From: a virus
Lineage: Duplodnaviria; Caudoviricetes
DNA length: 53,331 nt
Reading direction: 5' to 3' (one strand)
IMG/VR virus record: IMGVR_UViG_3300022690_001247
Location: 1 to 53,331 of that record
Shown here: positions 29,051-39,698 of the stretch, piece by piece
Position numbering within the stretch: the first letter of the stretch is position 1
Layout of the letters: the number at the start of each line of letters is the position of its first letter
Position numbers and translations under genes: made by a program
The notes under the pieces: model-generated
Told to the model about the DNA's origin: nothing
Database searches by the model: none
What the model saw: the letters and a program-made list of their open reading frames with translations, nothing else

Positions 29051-29214
29051 ATAAGTCTGTACAAGAGGAATATTTTTTATGGAGAGTAATATTGGAAGAT
29101 GTATTTACATACCATGACTTACATACAATCGCATCATTGGATGATGTATTTCGAGCAACTGCTGTGCTTGATATGCACAATGCTGTCAAACCTGGAAAGA
29201 GTCAGAATGTATGA
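28972..29214 (+). CDS. Tail assembly chaperone -1 frameshift extension (GT)
   Basis: T TTT TTG heptamer at 28972-28978; the -1 frame stays open to TGA 29214 (...WRVILE...HDLHTIASLDDV....VLD). Confidence 0.75.
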   Translation, partial: FFGTTRYWKGTHPKQNGNESSVFKQLDKSVQEEYFLWRVILEDVFTYHDLHTIASLDDVFRATAVLDMHNAVKPGKSQNV

Positions 29215-29525
29215 ATACTGCTTTGCAAATGGTAGTAGTAGCTATAATAACAGCTTCATTTACAGCTTTATTAACTTTTTTTCTATCTATTTTATCACAA
29301 AGAAGATACTTTCGGGACGCTATAGATATTTCACTAAAGACTCATGCCAATATACATCATAAAAAAAGTTATGAAGATTTAGAAAAATATGTCAATACTA
29401 AGGTCAGAGAAGAAAGAGAAGATATAGAAAAATTAACAAAGAAATTGGAAAATATAGATAGAACATTGGTGTGGTTGGCTTATAAAAGTGGAGCCAAACC
29501 AGAAGATTTAAACATAAATATATAA
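29211..29525 (+). CDS. Single-TM protein with coiled coil (holin-like candidate)
   Basis: N-terminal TM; ATGA and TAATG coupled between TAC and TMP. Confidence 0.55.
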   Translation: MNTALQMVVVAIITASFTALLTFFLSILSQRRYFRDAIDISLKTHANIHHKKSYEDLEKYVNTKVREEREDIEKLTKKLENIDRTLVWLAYKSGAKPEDLNINI

Positions 29526-31258
29526 TGGCTACAGTAAGAGAATTAACAGCACTGTTTAATTTTAAAGTTGATACTAGAGGTATCAAAAAATTTGATAATG
29601 CTATATTGGCCGCAAAAAAGAATGTTAATAATCTAATGGGAAATATTGAAAGAGGTGCTCAACAAGTTAGGAATTTTGGATTTGGTCTGAGTGCTTTTGT
29701 AACCGCTCCTTTAGTTGCTGCTGGAGTCGCGGCTATTAGGATGACATCTAGTTTAGAACAGTCGTTTATAGCTTTTGAAGTATTTTTAGGGTCTGCTGAA
29801 AAGGCTAAAGAACTTACTACAGATCTATTAAAATTTGCTTTACAAACTCCATTCACAATTCTGGGTGTACAAGAAACAGCTTCTCAGTTATTGGCTGTTG
29901 GTATAGAACAAGATAAAGTCATTCAGACTATGGAAGCATTAGGTAATGCAGCACGTGGAAATTCTGGTGTTTTTAAAAGGCTGGTTCAGAACTTTGGACA
30001 AGTGAAAACACAAGCCAGGTTAACTGGTTTAGATATGAAACAATTTTTACAAGCTTCTGTTCCTCTTACAGGTATACTAGCAAAATCCTTAGGTGTTGCC
30101 GAATCAGCTATAAGGGGAATGATTAGAGCAAGGTTAATAAGCTTTGAAGATGTAGAGAAAGCGTTTTTCGATGCTTCAAAGGAAGGTGGTAAATTTGCAG
30201 GGTTGATGAAAAAACAGGCAAAAACTTTAACCGGGTTGTTTGCAAGAGTAGCAGAAGTGATTCAGTTATTTGGAGCTACTTTAGGAGATGCAATAGATGA
30301 AGCATTTAACCTTAGAGAGAACATACCTAGGTTGGTAAGAGTCGTCCAGTTTCTTACTACAAGATTTAAAAATCTAAATAAAACTGTTAGAAGAATAATA
30401 GTTATAATAATATCTTTAGTAGCTGCATTAGGACCATTTTTACTGGTACTTGGACTTGTAGGTCAGGCAGTTGTTGGTGTTGCTGCATCCTTTGTATTTC
30501 TATCGGCTGCGGCTGCTATAGCCGGTAAGTCTGTACTTGCTTTGATAACAATATTTACTATTAAATTTCTCCTCATCGCTGCTGCGGTAGCTGCTATTGT
30601 TGCTGTATTGTTTTTATTCTTAGACGATTTGGAAGCATGGGTGACGGGTGGTGAGTCTTTACTTGGTGAATACTTAGGATCTTGGGTTGATTTTAAAGAT
30701 AGTTTTGTAACCTTGTGGAACAATTTGTTAGGGTTTTTTAGAAGTGTTAAAGATATTTTTAACGGTAATATAGAGGCTATGATAGACAAATTAAAAATAT
30801 TTACACAAGCGCTTTTTGGATCTTTTATTGAGTTAGATAAAAAAGTTTTAACCGGGTTGGGGCTAATTGATAAAGATGACGTAAAGGCGCTTGATGATTT
30901 TAGTGAAAAAGGTATGGCCAAAATAGGAAAACAATTTGATTTTATTAAAGAAAAAGCTCAAAGTGCTGTTGACTTTATTAAAAATTCTCAACTTTCATTA
31001 TCACAGGTATTTTCTCCATTACGAGCAGCCTTTGCTCTTGGACTACAAACCCCAAACTTAGCTGCTTCTAAAACACCAGGGAACCAGCAGAATATAAATA
31101 TTAATAGCAATATATCTTTGCAGGTCCCACAAGGTACTCCTCAAGAACAAGTAAAGCTATTGGATAATACTGCCAGAAAAGTAGTTAGAGAAGAATTAGA
31201 ATTGGCTATTACAAACACTATTATTGCTAATCCTCCTTCTGAAGAGGTTACTAATTAA
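29525..31258 (+). CDS. Tape measure protein
   Basis: MATVREL, LGSAEKA, FALQTPF, FGQV, GGKFAGLM; hydrophobic central region. Confidence 0.92.
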   Translation: MATVRELTALFNFKVDTRGIKKFDNAILAAKKNVNNLMGNIERGAQQVRNFGFGLSAFVTAPLVAAGVAAIRMTSSLEQSFIAFEVFLGSAEKAKELTTDLLKFALQTPFTILGVQETASQLLAVGIEQDKVIQTMEALGNAARGNSGVFKRLVQNFGQVKTQARLTGLDMKQFLQASVPLTGILAKSLGVAESAIRGMIRARLISFEDVEKAFFDASKEGGKFAGLMKKQAKTLTGLFARVAEVIQLFGATLGDAIDEAFNLRENIPRLVRVVQFLTTRFKNLNKTVRRIIVIIISLVAALGPFLLVLGLVGQAVVGVAASFVFLSAAAAIAGKSVLALITIFTIKFLLIAAAVAAIVAVLFLFLDDLEAWVTGGESLLGEYLGSWVDFKDSFVTLWNNLLGFFRSVKDIFNGNIEAMIDKLKIFTQALFGSFIELDKKVLTGLGLIDKDDVKALDDFSEKGMAKIGKQFDFIKEKAQSAVDFIKNSQLSLSQVFSPLRAAFALGLQTPNLAASKTPGNQQNININSNISLQVPQGTPQEQVKLLDNTARKVVREELELAITNTIIANPPSEEVTN

Positions 31259-31917
31259 TGGCTGAACAGGTTAACGTTCTCTTTGGTAAAAAAAGAGGTG
31301 GTATAATTGGTACTCTTCAATTAGATGTAACTAATGAAGAAAACCATCAATTTGAAAATCAAGTTACTGAGTTTCCTGTAGAGAACGGATTAAATGTAAC
31401 TGATTTTATTCGTCAATTACCTGATAAATTGACTATGTCCTGTTTTGTCACTAACACACCTATAGATATACGCCAGGAAAGCAATGCTGAAATAATTACA
31501 AATGCTGACGGTACTTTTGAATTTAGAGATTTTCAAAGGGCTGTAGTGAATAATAGAGTTACAGATGCTTTTGAACAGTTACTTACAATGTCTGGCAGAA
31601 AAGTAAATGGCGAGACTATAGACGCCCAAATTGTAAAAGTGGTTACTGGACTGAGGGTCTATACTAACATGGCTATACAAACTATAACTATCCCAAGAAA
31701 TTTTAGTACTGGTCAAGCACTTAGATTTAATATTTCATTTATACATATTGAGAAGGTACAATCTGAGACTATTGAACTTCCAGATTCTTTTTTGAATGTC
31801 AATGCTTCGTCTAATGTAAACATTGGGAAACAGAATAAAAAAGAAACTACAACCAATCAAGATGCTAAAGCTAAAAGAGCCTCTATAGCATTTAAGTTAG
31901 CTAAGAGGTTTTTCTAA
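31258..31917 (+). CDS. Baseplate/tail-tube initiator (Dit-like)
   Basis: LDV...E.H....VTEFPVE.G..TD, VVTGL.VY.NM.I. Confidence 0.8.
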   Translation: MAEQVNVLFGKKRGGIIGTLQLDVTNEENHQFENQVTEFPVENGLNVTDFIRQLPDKLTMSCFVTNTPIDIRQESNAEIITNADGTFEFRDFQRAVVNNRVTDAFEQLLTMSGRKVNGETIDAQIVKVVTGLRVYTNMAIQTITIPRNFSTGQALRFNISFIHIEKVQSETIELPDSFLNVNASSNVNIGKQNKKETTTNQDAKAKRASIAFKLAKRFF

Positions 31918-32273
31918 TGTCTCTTATTGTACCCATCGATAATACTTTTGCAGCGCTGTCTGAAGAGATAGATTTAGATTTATCTTCATTCAGGTTTATA
32001 TTTGTTTTTAATAGCAGGTTTAATTTCTGGGTAATGGAGATTCAAAACAGAGATCAGGAAACTATCATCGCTGGAGTAAAGTTAGTATTAAATTATTCAC
32101 TAGTTTTACAATATGTTGGAAGGAGTTTACCTTTAGGTGAGGAATATTGTATAGATACCACCGATACTGTGATAACTATAGACAGAGATAACATAGGTAC
32201 AAACCCAGAAAATATAGATCAGTTAGTTCAATTGATTTATCTTACAGAGGCCGACATTGACTCAATTTCGTAG
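31917..32273 (+). CDS. Baseplate plug-like protein
   Basis: FNSR..FW.M.I, GVKLV, L.YL. Confidence 0.7.
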   Translation: MSLIVPIDNTFAALSEEIDLDLSSFRFIFVFNSRFNFWVMEIQNRDQETIIAGVKLVLNYSLVLQYVGRSLPLGEEYCIDTTDTVITIDRDNIGTNPENIDQLVQLIYLTEADIDSIS

Positions 32274-33129
32274 ATCGGCATCTGTAACTATAGGTTCTCC
32301 GAGTGGAGATGGTCTATTGATCAAAGATTTAAAAATTGTTTTTGAAGTAACTAGAAACCTGGAGAAAACTCCAAATACTGTTAAGGTTCAGATATACAAT
32401 TTAAGTAGATCAACTAGAAACAAAATAGATTTGGCACTTCCTAAAGATAAAGAACCCGCACAAAAATTGCTTTTAAAAGCAGGATATTTAGATGGTGACG
32501 GAGAGGAAACTTTATTTTTAGGAGATATAACATCAATATCACATATATCTAGTATGCCAAACATTGTTACAACAATAGAAAGTCAAGATGGAATAAAATC
32601 TATTGCGGCTACAAAAGCTAATCTGTCTTTTGGGAAAGGTGTAAGTGGCAGAGTTGTATTAAACTCTATATTAGATTTATTTGAAAACCCTAAAGACCTT
32701 GCCAATGTAGATATCCCCAACAGTGTTTATGATACAGGTTTTGCCTTTATAGGTCCAGCAACTACAGTGTTGTCTAAAGTTACAAATTTTCTTGGCCTTG
32801 AATGGTCCTTTCAAAACGATACTTTAAAACTTTTAAATTTTGATAGTAGTGACGGATCACGTATAGTATTTCTTTCTTCAAGTACTGGGTTGTTGAATAG
32901 TCCAGAAAAAGTAAATAGAAAATTACGAAAATCTAGAGGAGTCTCAAGAAAAGTTATTCCTGGATGGAAATTTTTTACCTTTTTAGAACCTAAAATAATT
33001 CCTGGAGGAAACATATCTGTACAAAGTAATGAAATACCTAAGGTTACATTTTTCAAAGTAAATGCGGTTTCTCACAATGGGGATACTCATGGTGAAGATT
33101 GGAATACCACTATTGAGGTAGATGAATAA
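32257..33129 (+). CDS. Baseplate hub protein
   Basis: I.FEV, IYNLS, LKAGY, WSFQN, TGLL.SP, H.GDTHG.DW. Confidence 0.85.
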   Translation: MTQFRRSASVTIGSPSGDGLLIKDLKIVFEVTRNLEKTPNTVKVQIYNLSRSTRNKIDLALPKDKEPAQKLLLKAGYLDGDGEETLFLGDITSISHISSMPNIVTTIESQDGIKSIAATKANLSFGKGVSGRVVLNSILDLFENPKDLANVDIPNSVYDTGFAFIGPATTVLSKVTNFLGLEWSFQNDTLKLLNFDSSDGSRIVFLSSSTGLLNSPEKVNRKLRKSRGVSRKVIPGWKFFTFLEPKIIPGGNISVQSNEIPKVTFFKVNAVSHNGDTHGEDWNTTIEVDE

Positions 33130-33810
33130 ATGGGTGAATCTTCTTTAACCGGGGCAATTCAGACAGTCATAGACGTTGCTATGGAGTCATTTAATACTTG
33201 TCTCCCAGGTACTTTTGAGACTTATAATTTCAGCAGTCAAAAAGCTTCTGTTCAACCTATGTTAACTAAAAAATATGCTGATGGAGTAGTGCAGACTTTT
33301 AAACCAATAGCTGAAGTCCCTGTAATGTTTCCTAGGACTAAAAATTCCGGGATAACATTTCCTATTTCCAGGGGTGATGGGTGTCTGATCCTTTTTACCC
33401 AGCGGAGTATGGAACTGTATTTAAACTCTGGAAAAATATCTAATCCTGGCGATCCTAGAAAGTTTGATCTTTCAGATGCAGTAGCTATACCTGGTTTATT
33501 TACATTTAATCAAGAAAACTTGGCTTCCAATAATGATGATTTAGAACTACACCACAACGGAATAAAAATTACAATTAAGAAGAACAAGGATATTGAAATA
33601 GGTACAAATCAAAAAATTACTATAAAGTCAAATGGAGATATAGAATTAGGTACATCTTCATTATTAAAATTAGTTAATTCAACATTTCTCACTATATTTG
33701 ATACACATACACATTTATATAATCCAGGACCAGGTGCTCCTGTTGTTACAGCTACACCGTTACCTGTATCAACTTCTGGAAATTTAACAAGTAAGGTATC
33801 GGCGGAATGA
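33130..33810 (+). CDS. Baseplate spike, phi92 gp138-like
   Basis: TCLPG, VPV.FP, GD.CL..F..R, R.FDLSDA.AIPG, HTH metal-binding tip. Confidence 0.88.
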   Translation: MGESSLTGAIQTVIDVAMESFNTCLPGTFETYNFSSQKASVQPMLTKKYADGVVQTFKPIAEVPVMFPRTKNSGITFPISRGDGCLILFTQRSMELYLNSGKISNPGDPRKFDLSDAVAIPGLFTFNQENLASNNDDLELHHNGIKITIKKNKDIEIGTNQKITIKSNGDIELGTSSLLKLVNSTFLTIFDTHTHLYNPGPGAPVVTATPLPVSTSGNLTSKVSAE

Positions 33811-34184
33811 GTACAATTGATATAGCTCTTGATAAAACTACACATGATATTATTGTTTCGAACAATGATTTTTTGGTAGTTAAAGATGTGGATAAAGTAG
33901 GGCAAAAATTAAAACAACGGTTATTGTTCTATCAAGGAGAATGGTTTTTAGACACTACTGTAGGTATACCTTATTTTCAAGAGGTTTTTGTAAAGAATCC
34001 TAACATTCCTGATATTGAGAGTATTTTTAAAGTAGAAATTGTTGAGACTGAAGATGTAAATCAGTTGTTAGCATTTGATTCTACTTTTGCTAATGATGTA
34101 CGTGATTATAATATAACTTTTACTGTAGATACACCATTTGGTACTGTAGAGTTTGGTGAGACTATATTTATTGGAGGCTTATAA
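33807..34184 (+). CDS. Baseplate wedge / sheath initiator (gp25-like)
   Basis: Q.LK.RL....GEWFLD...GIPY. Confidence 0.82.
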   Translation: MSTIDIALDKTTHDIIVSNNDFLVVKDVDKVGQKLKQRLLFYQGEWFLDTTVGIPYFQEVFVKNPNIPDIESIFKVEIVETEDVNQLLAFDSTFANDVRDYNITFTVDTPFGTVEFGETIFIGGL

Positions 34185-35618
34185 GTGGCTGAATTTGGAA
34201 TAACTCCTGATGGTTTCGTAAAAAAGAAGTTGACAGATGTAAGAGATGATATTATAGGCGATCTGGTTGCCGATTTGGGACCAGTCGATACTTCCCCACA
34301 GTCTGTAGTCAGTCAATTAATAGACCCATTCGCTGAAGCTGCCAGTATATTATGGGATTTAGGAGAGGATACGTATCAGAATTTTATACCTTCAGGAGCA
34401 GCAGGTAAAAATTTAGATGACCTTTTAGATTTAAACGGTTTGAGAAGGTTAGTAGCTACCCCATCCACTGCATTTGTAAGCTTGCTTGGTGATAATCTTA
34501 CGCTTGTACCTTCTGGAACAATGTTTAAACAGTCTGGTACAAATCGTTTATTTACTTTAAATTCAGACGTGACTATTTCTTCAGCAACCTGTATAGAATC
34601 TGTATTTTCATTAAGTGTTGTAACTACCGCTACTACATATGAGATAATATTAAATGTAACTACCGTAAGTATTGTTTCATCTTCTGCTGATGAGGTCTCA
34701 ATACTTACCCAATTGGCCGGAGAAGTCACAATTGCTACCTCAGGAAACCAGACAGCCACAGTTGTAGGGCTTACTATATTGGTAGTGCCTTCTGATGGGA
34801 GAACACCCTACGCTGCCACAGCTTCCACAAACACAGATAGAGACCAGGTGTCAACGGAAGGATCTGTATTAGCAGATATTGCGGGTGCTTTATCGGTCCC
34901 TATAGGTACAATTATAAATATTGAAACTCCAGTTTCTGGATTAGATGCTGTGAACAACCTTGTGACAGGTGTTACCGGTAGAGATCTAGAAACAGATGAC
35001 CAGGCAAGGGTAAGAAGAAAACAGAGCCTCAGAGTAGCTGGAGCAGCTACAGTTCCGGCAATGGAAGCTAGAATTTCAAATGATGTGTTAGGTGTAACTG
35101 CTGTAACTATAATTGATAATAGAACTGATGTTGTTGACGGCGGTGGAAGACCGCCACATTCATTTGAGTCTATTATTACCGGTGGATCTGATCAGGATAT
35201 AATCGATATCCTTTGGGAAATTAAACCTGCTGGGATAAATACATTTGGAACTGAAAGTGGTTTTGCAACAGATTCACAAGGTACCTTACAAATAATTAAC
35301 TTTTCCAGACCTGTTGAATTAGCCATTACTGTTACTGTTGAATTTGATGAAAATACAGAGGAGGTTTTACCTTTGAATTTTGAAGATGCTATTAAGGACG
35401 CTATAGTTGCTTTCTCACTACCAGAACAGGCAGTGTCAGATGACGTTACTGTCCAGAGATATTTAGCATCAATTTATTCTATCCAGGGAGTAGGTGTCGT
35501 GACTTTACTTGAAATGAATAAACCAACAACTCCAGTGACACAAACATTGATAGTAGTCGCATCAAATGAAATAGCAACATTCAGCACTGTAAATATAACC
35601 GTAACTAAGAATCCATAA
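34185..35618 (+). CDS. Baseplate J-like protein
   Basis: GITPDGF, A.G..LD, GRD.ETD...R.R, PPHS, KPAGI.T.G, FSRP (GTG start). Confidence 0.92.
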   Translation: MAEFGITPDGFVKKKLTDVRDDIIGDLVADLGPVDTSPQSVVSQLIDPFAEAASILWDLGEDTYQNFIPSGAAGKNLDDLLDLNGLRRLVATPSTAFVSLLGDNLTLVPSGTMFKQSGTNRLFTLNSDVTISSATCIESVFSLSVVTTATTYEIILNVTTVSIVSSSADEVSILTQLAGEVTIATSGNQTATVVGLTILVVPSDGRTPYAATASTNTDRDQVSTEGSVLADIAGALSVPIGTIINIETPVSGLDAVNNLVTGVTGRDLETDDQARVRRKQSLRVAGAATVPAMEARISNDVLGVTAVTIIDNRTDVVDGGGRPPHSFESIITGGSDQDIIDILWEIKPAGINTFGTESGFATDSQGTLQIINFSRPVELAITVTVEFDENTEEVLPLNFEDAIKDAIVAFSLPEQAVSDDVTVQRYLASIYSIQGVGVVTLLEMNKPTTPVTQTLIVVASNEIATFSTVNITVTKNP

Positions 35619-35629
35619 GGAGTAGAGAA

Positions 35630-35956
35630 ATGGCTTTCGAAAAGTATATAATAGGAGATGATGGAGTAGAAACAGTGTTAAGTATTCACACATTTAGAGC
35701 TTTAGTTCATGAATTTATCTTAGGTCAAAAAACTAAAAATGATGTTCTTGATGACATAGAAACTAAGTTGGGTGTTACACTAGTTACTAATGAAAAATTA
35801 GATTTACAGGCTTTAATGGATGCTATAAACTTAGAAACAGGAATTCCTGATAAGTCAGCACTGGCAGAAGAAATGTATCATGTATTTATTCTTGCAACTG
35901 ATGGTGTAGACTATGAAACTAAGGCACTATTAAAAACAAGGCTTAGTTGGTTATGA
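35630..35956 (+). CDS. Hypothetical protein in the tail insert
   Basis: AGGAG SD. Confidence 0.6.
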   Translation: MAFEKYIIGDDGVETVLSIHTFRALVHEFILGQKTKNDVLDDIETKLGVTLVTNEKLDLQALMDAINLETGIPDKSALAEEMYHVFILATDGVDYETKALLKTRLSWL

Positions 35957-37248
35957 GTGTTTACGGGATAGTTATAAATACAACACTACCGGGTTCTAAT
36001 GGTGACTTTGACTTAACTGATCCATTAGTTACATCTACACCTAAGATGGTGTTGGTGACACTTACAGATGGTACTACTCTTGGGTTAGAAGACTCGGATG
36101 TTAAAATGAGCTGGGGTGCTTCCGATGGGAATATTCAGCAATGTTTCTCAGTTCAAGCTGATGATGGTGGTGCGTCTGCAAATGTTGAAAGGGTTCAAAA
36201 AAGTGCAGTTGGACAAAGAAAACCTACTCTTGATGGGTCATCGGACCTAGTTACATTTGTTACTTTTTTATCAAATGGTGTACGCTTAAATCTTGCAGAT
36301 GCCGCCGGTTTTAGTAAGAGAATTACTGTAACTTTATTTGGCGGAGATCAGTTAACTTCTTCGGAGGTTCTTGTTGCTGACTTAACTGCTGCATCAGGAG
36401 TACCTCAAACATTCAATTGGATAGATACATCTCTAGATGCAAATGTAATGTTGTTTTTGACAGCCGGTACAACTGCTGGTGATGGTGTCACAAGTTTTGG
36501 AATAGGTTGTCTAGGTGTAGGTATTAAAGTTGGTGGGTCAATAACTCAACGTAATTTAAATTTTAGAGTAGACCAAGATGGTGCAGCATCAGGAAACCCT
36601 GGTATGACATATAGGAATGATAGAGTATCAGGATCAATGCAAGCTAGTTCTGACTCAGTACAATGGGGTGCTAACTTGACAGATATAGGAGTAGGTGATT
36701 TTGAATTGACTCCATCTATATCTACACCTAATGACGAAATTATTTGTATAGGTCTTCAATTTAGAGATATGAATATAGGTCTTGAAAGTATAACAATGCC
36801 TACAAGTGTAGGTATTTTTGATGTAACCAGTTTTGGTTTTAGACCTATGTTTGCTCTTGGTGTATTTAGTATGCTGCCGTCTTTTAACAGTTCTGACTTT
36901 AGCGCCAATGCTGGAATTGTAAGTACATCTATTGTTAATGACAGTGGTCAAATGTTTTCACATGCTTGGAGAAATGAGGATGCAGCACCGACAATAAATT
37001 GTGGAAGTACTGTAGCAGCATCAGCAGTTCATTTTCCATTTCATAATTCATCAACTATTGCTTCAACAGCTAGTTCTACAAATGGATTTACTACAGGGTC
37101 AAATCCTGTGGTGTTTCTTTCAAATGGACTTAGATACAATTTTGATGGTGTGAATACAGGAACTAAAATGGCTTGGATACTTGCTCTAGGCCCAAAGAAT
37201 CTACCAGTTTTTAGAAGAAGAAGAAGTATGAATTATGGAGGAATGTAA
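35953..37248 (+). CDS. Beta-rich putative virion/tail accessory protein
   Basis: G/S/T-rich beta-strand repeats; GFRP motif. Confidence 0.6.
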   Translation: MSVYGIVINTTLPGSNGDFDLTDPLVTSTPKMVLVTLTDGTTLGLEDSDVKMSWGASDGNIQQCFSVQADDGGASANVERVQKSAVGQRKPTLDGSSDLVTFVTFLSNGVRLNLADAAGFSKRITVTLFGGDQLTSSEVLVADLTAASGVPQTFNWIDTSLDANVMLFLTAGTTAGDGVTSFGIGCLGVGIKVGGSITQRNLNFRVDQDGAASGNPGMTYRNDRVSGSMQASSDSVQWGANLTDIGVGDFELTPSISTPNDEIICIGLQFRDMNIGLESITMPTSVGIFDVTSFGFRPMFALGVFSMLPSFNSSDFSANAGIVSTSIVNDSGQMFSHAWRNEDAAPTINCGSTVAASAVHFPFHNSSTIASTASSTNGFTTGSNPVVFLSNGLRYNFDGVNTGTKMAWILALGPKNLPVFRRRRSMNYGGM

Positions 37249-37251
37249 GAT

Positions 37252-38817
37252 ATGAATGAAAAATATTTCAGACAATTTGATGAAGATACGGTGCTGCCTT
37301 TTACATTGACTGATCCAGACGGAATTGACTTTAATGAGTCTGTTACATTTGCAGCGGGTGATGTCCTTATAATGAGAGATGAAGGGGTAGAAAGTCAGAC
37401 TAGTCTCGGAGCAGGTACACCTGATTTATCAACATTAATAACTGATGAAGGGACTGGTTATTCAATCGCCTTGGATAAAGCTGACGTAGCTTTTAAGAGA
37501 ATAAAGATATATTTTAAAGACCAAACAGTTCCTAAAGTTTGGTTAGATGACGACCTTACAGTTGAGACTACCAATAATGTTGCAGCTCAACATCCAAATA
37601 TAAATGCTCCATCTGGTGGTGGTGGTGTTGAGTCTTTTCTTGCCAGCGGTGAGACTATAATTGGGTCAACTGGTGTAGCCGGTTCTTTCACTGACACACA
37701 AAATTCTGGAATAAGTATATTAAAATTAACAAGAGTTGCGAGTACACTAGATTATGAATTGTTATTTAATATGACTACAGATCATAATGGAATATCTATT
37801 ACTATGAGAATGGGTTTGGCGTCTGGCGGTCAACGAAAAATAGATGTTGATTTATTTAATTATAATACTATAGGTTTTGATAATGTACTTACTTTAAATA
37901 ATAATGGTGGGGCTATAGAAGAGTTTACTATTGCTGGGAAGAGTGATGATTTTGTAGACGGAAATGGAGATGTGCGTCTCAGATTTGTAGATAATTCATT
38001 AAATGATGGGGATTTTATTAATATAGATTTTGTTGTAACAAAAACAAATTCTTCTACTGGAACTATTCCTACTCCAGAAGAAATTGCTGAAGCGACTGCT
38101 GATAAACTTGCTCAAGAACACGGTCCTGCTAGTTGGGAAGGTCCTTTTATTTTTAACGCACAAATTGAATCTGTAACAAATCAAAAAACATTTGTTCTTG
38201 AAACTGCTCTAGGTTCAGATCTTTCAGATGGTGCAGCTATAGTTGTAATAAGAGATATAGATGATCTTAGTGTAAGGTCATTACATGTAATAGAATCATA
38301 TACTGACTCAACAAAAACACTTGTAGTTCGTACAAACGCAACATTTACAGTTGTTAACGATGATTTAGTTAGTTTACAAGAGTCTTCAATTAGCAAAAAA
38401 GAAACAAGAGATGCAATGGCATTGGCAACAGCAGAAACACCGGAAGTAGACTCTATAGATGATAAGTTAGATGCACTGGGAGCTGACTTAACTATAGCAG
38501 ATAATGATGGTAATAAATTGGTAATTGCAAAAGCGATTAAAGAATTTGATGCTACAGTGATAGGGTTGGCTGGTACCTCTCTATTAAGTGAGGTACTGAC
38601 TAATGTACAGAGTTCAAATTTAATTCAGGTTAATTCATTATCTACTGCTGATGGTGTAACTTTTAATAAGATATTTCAGCTTATGGCAGCAATGTTAAAT
38701 GGAAGATTTAAAACTGATACTCCTATTGCAGGACAGACAACATATTTTGAACGAGATGATGTTACTCCATTGGCTATAGTCTCAACTGACGCTCTAGAGA
38801 GAATTAGAGTACTGTAA
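37252..38817 (+). CDS. Acidic putative virion structural protein
   Basis: Long D/T-rich ORF in the tail module with a jelly-roll-like middle. Confidence 0.6.
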   Translation: MNEKYFRQFDEDTVLPFTLTDPDGIDFNESVTFAAGDVLIMRDEGVESQTSLGAGTPDLSTLITDEGTGYSIALDKADVAFKRIKIYFKDQTVPKVWLDDDLTVETTNNVAAQHPNINAPSGGGGVESFLASGETIIGSTGVAGSFTDTQNSGISILKLTRVASTLDYELLFNMTTDHNGISITMRMGLASGGQRKIDVDLFNYNTIGFDNVLTLNNNGGAIEEFTIAGKSDDFVDGNGDVRLRFVDNSLNDGDFINIDFVVTKTNSSTGTIPTPEEIAEATADKLAQEHGPASWEGPFIFNAQIESVTNQKTFVLETALGSDLSDGAAIVVIRDIDDLSVRSLHVIESYTDSTKTLVVRTNATFTVVNDDLVSLQESSISKKETRDAMALATAETPEVDSIDDKLDALGADLTIADNDGNKLVIAKAIKEFDATVIGLAGTSLLSEVLTNVQSSNLIQVNSLSTADGVTFNKIFQLMAAMLNGRFKTDTPIAGQTTYFERDDVTPLAIVSTDALERIRVL

Positions 38818-39698
38818 TGGCTCTTCAATGGATAATTACTGCTCCTGAAATTTCAGGAAGAACACTCAATCAAAAACTTGCTGTCTTCAATGGTAAGGTG
38901 TACGGTGTGGGTTTTGATTCTAGATTACTAGAGTATGACGGAACAAGTAGTTGGTCTATAAAATCTCAGGATTTAAGCGGCTCCCCTGCTTTATTTAATT
39001 TAGCTGTCCATAATAGTAAATTATATACAGTGCAATCTGATTTTCCACCTACAACTGGATTTTTATGGGAGTGGGATGATGTATCTCTGTGGATACAAAA
39101 AACGACTAATCAGGTAGTAACAGGTGATGTATGGAGATCGTTAGTTTCATTCAATGGAAAGTTATATACCGGAGTAGATATTCTATATGAATCCACAGCC
39201 TTGGGGGAGTGGGTTAATGTTGCCCCTGCTGCTACGAGTCCAGATCCTAGATTTAAATCTATGATAGTTTTTAATAGTAAGTTATACATGGGTAGCAACA
39301 GAGGAGAGTTGTTTGAGTGGAATGGTTCGAATGCCTGGGTGATAAAAGCACCGACCTTGATTATACCTGATAGAATTGCCGTGTTGTTAGTTCTAGGTAG
39401 TGACCTATATTGTATTACAGATGACACCGGTAAACTCTTAAAATGGAATGGTTCAAACATTTGGGTTTTACAAAATCCCGCAGATACTGATATAATTGTC
39501 TTAGACGGAGTTGTACATAATAGTGAAATTCATTGTTCCGGTGGATCTTTTGGATCTGTTCATGAGTTATTTAAATTTGTAGGATCTGCATGGGTACAAG
39601 TACATGATGGTATAGATGAGGTAGAAAATATAGAATCCTTAGTGTCATTTAATAATCAAATATTCGGAGCCGGAGTAGGCACTGGGGGTGGAGGATGA
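38817..39698 (+). CDS. Beta-propeller protein (about six blades)
   Basis: Repeats of L.VFN.KLY...G.L.EW.G...W. Confidence 0.75.
   Translation: MALQWIITAPEISGRTLNQKLAVFNGKVYGVGFDSRLLEYDGTSSWSIKSQDLSGSPALFNLAVHNSKLYTVQSDFPPTTGFLWEWDDVSLWIQKTTNQVVTGDVWRSLVSFNGKLYTGVDILYESTALGEWVNVAPAATSPDPRFKSMIVFNSKLYMGSNRGELFEWNGSNAWVIKAPTLIIPDRIAVLLVLGSDLYCITDDTGKLLKWNGSNIWVLQNPADTDIIVLDGVVHNSEIHCSGGSFGSVHELFKFVGSAWVQVHDGIDEVENIESLVSFNNQIFGAGVGTGGGG

Noticed and set aside
29099-29362. 87-aa ORF from the track in the TAC-TMP gap
   Set aside because: It overlaps the better-supported -1 frameshift product and the coupled 29211 gene.
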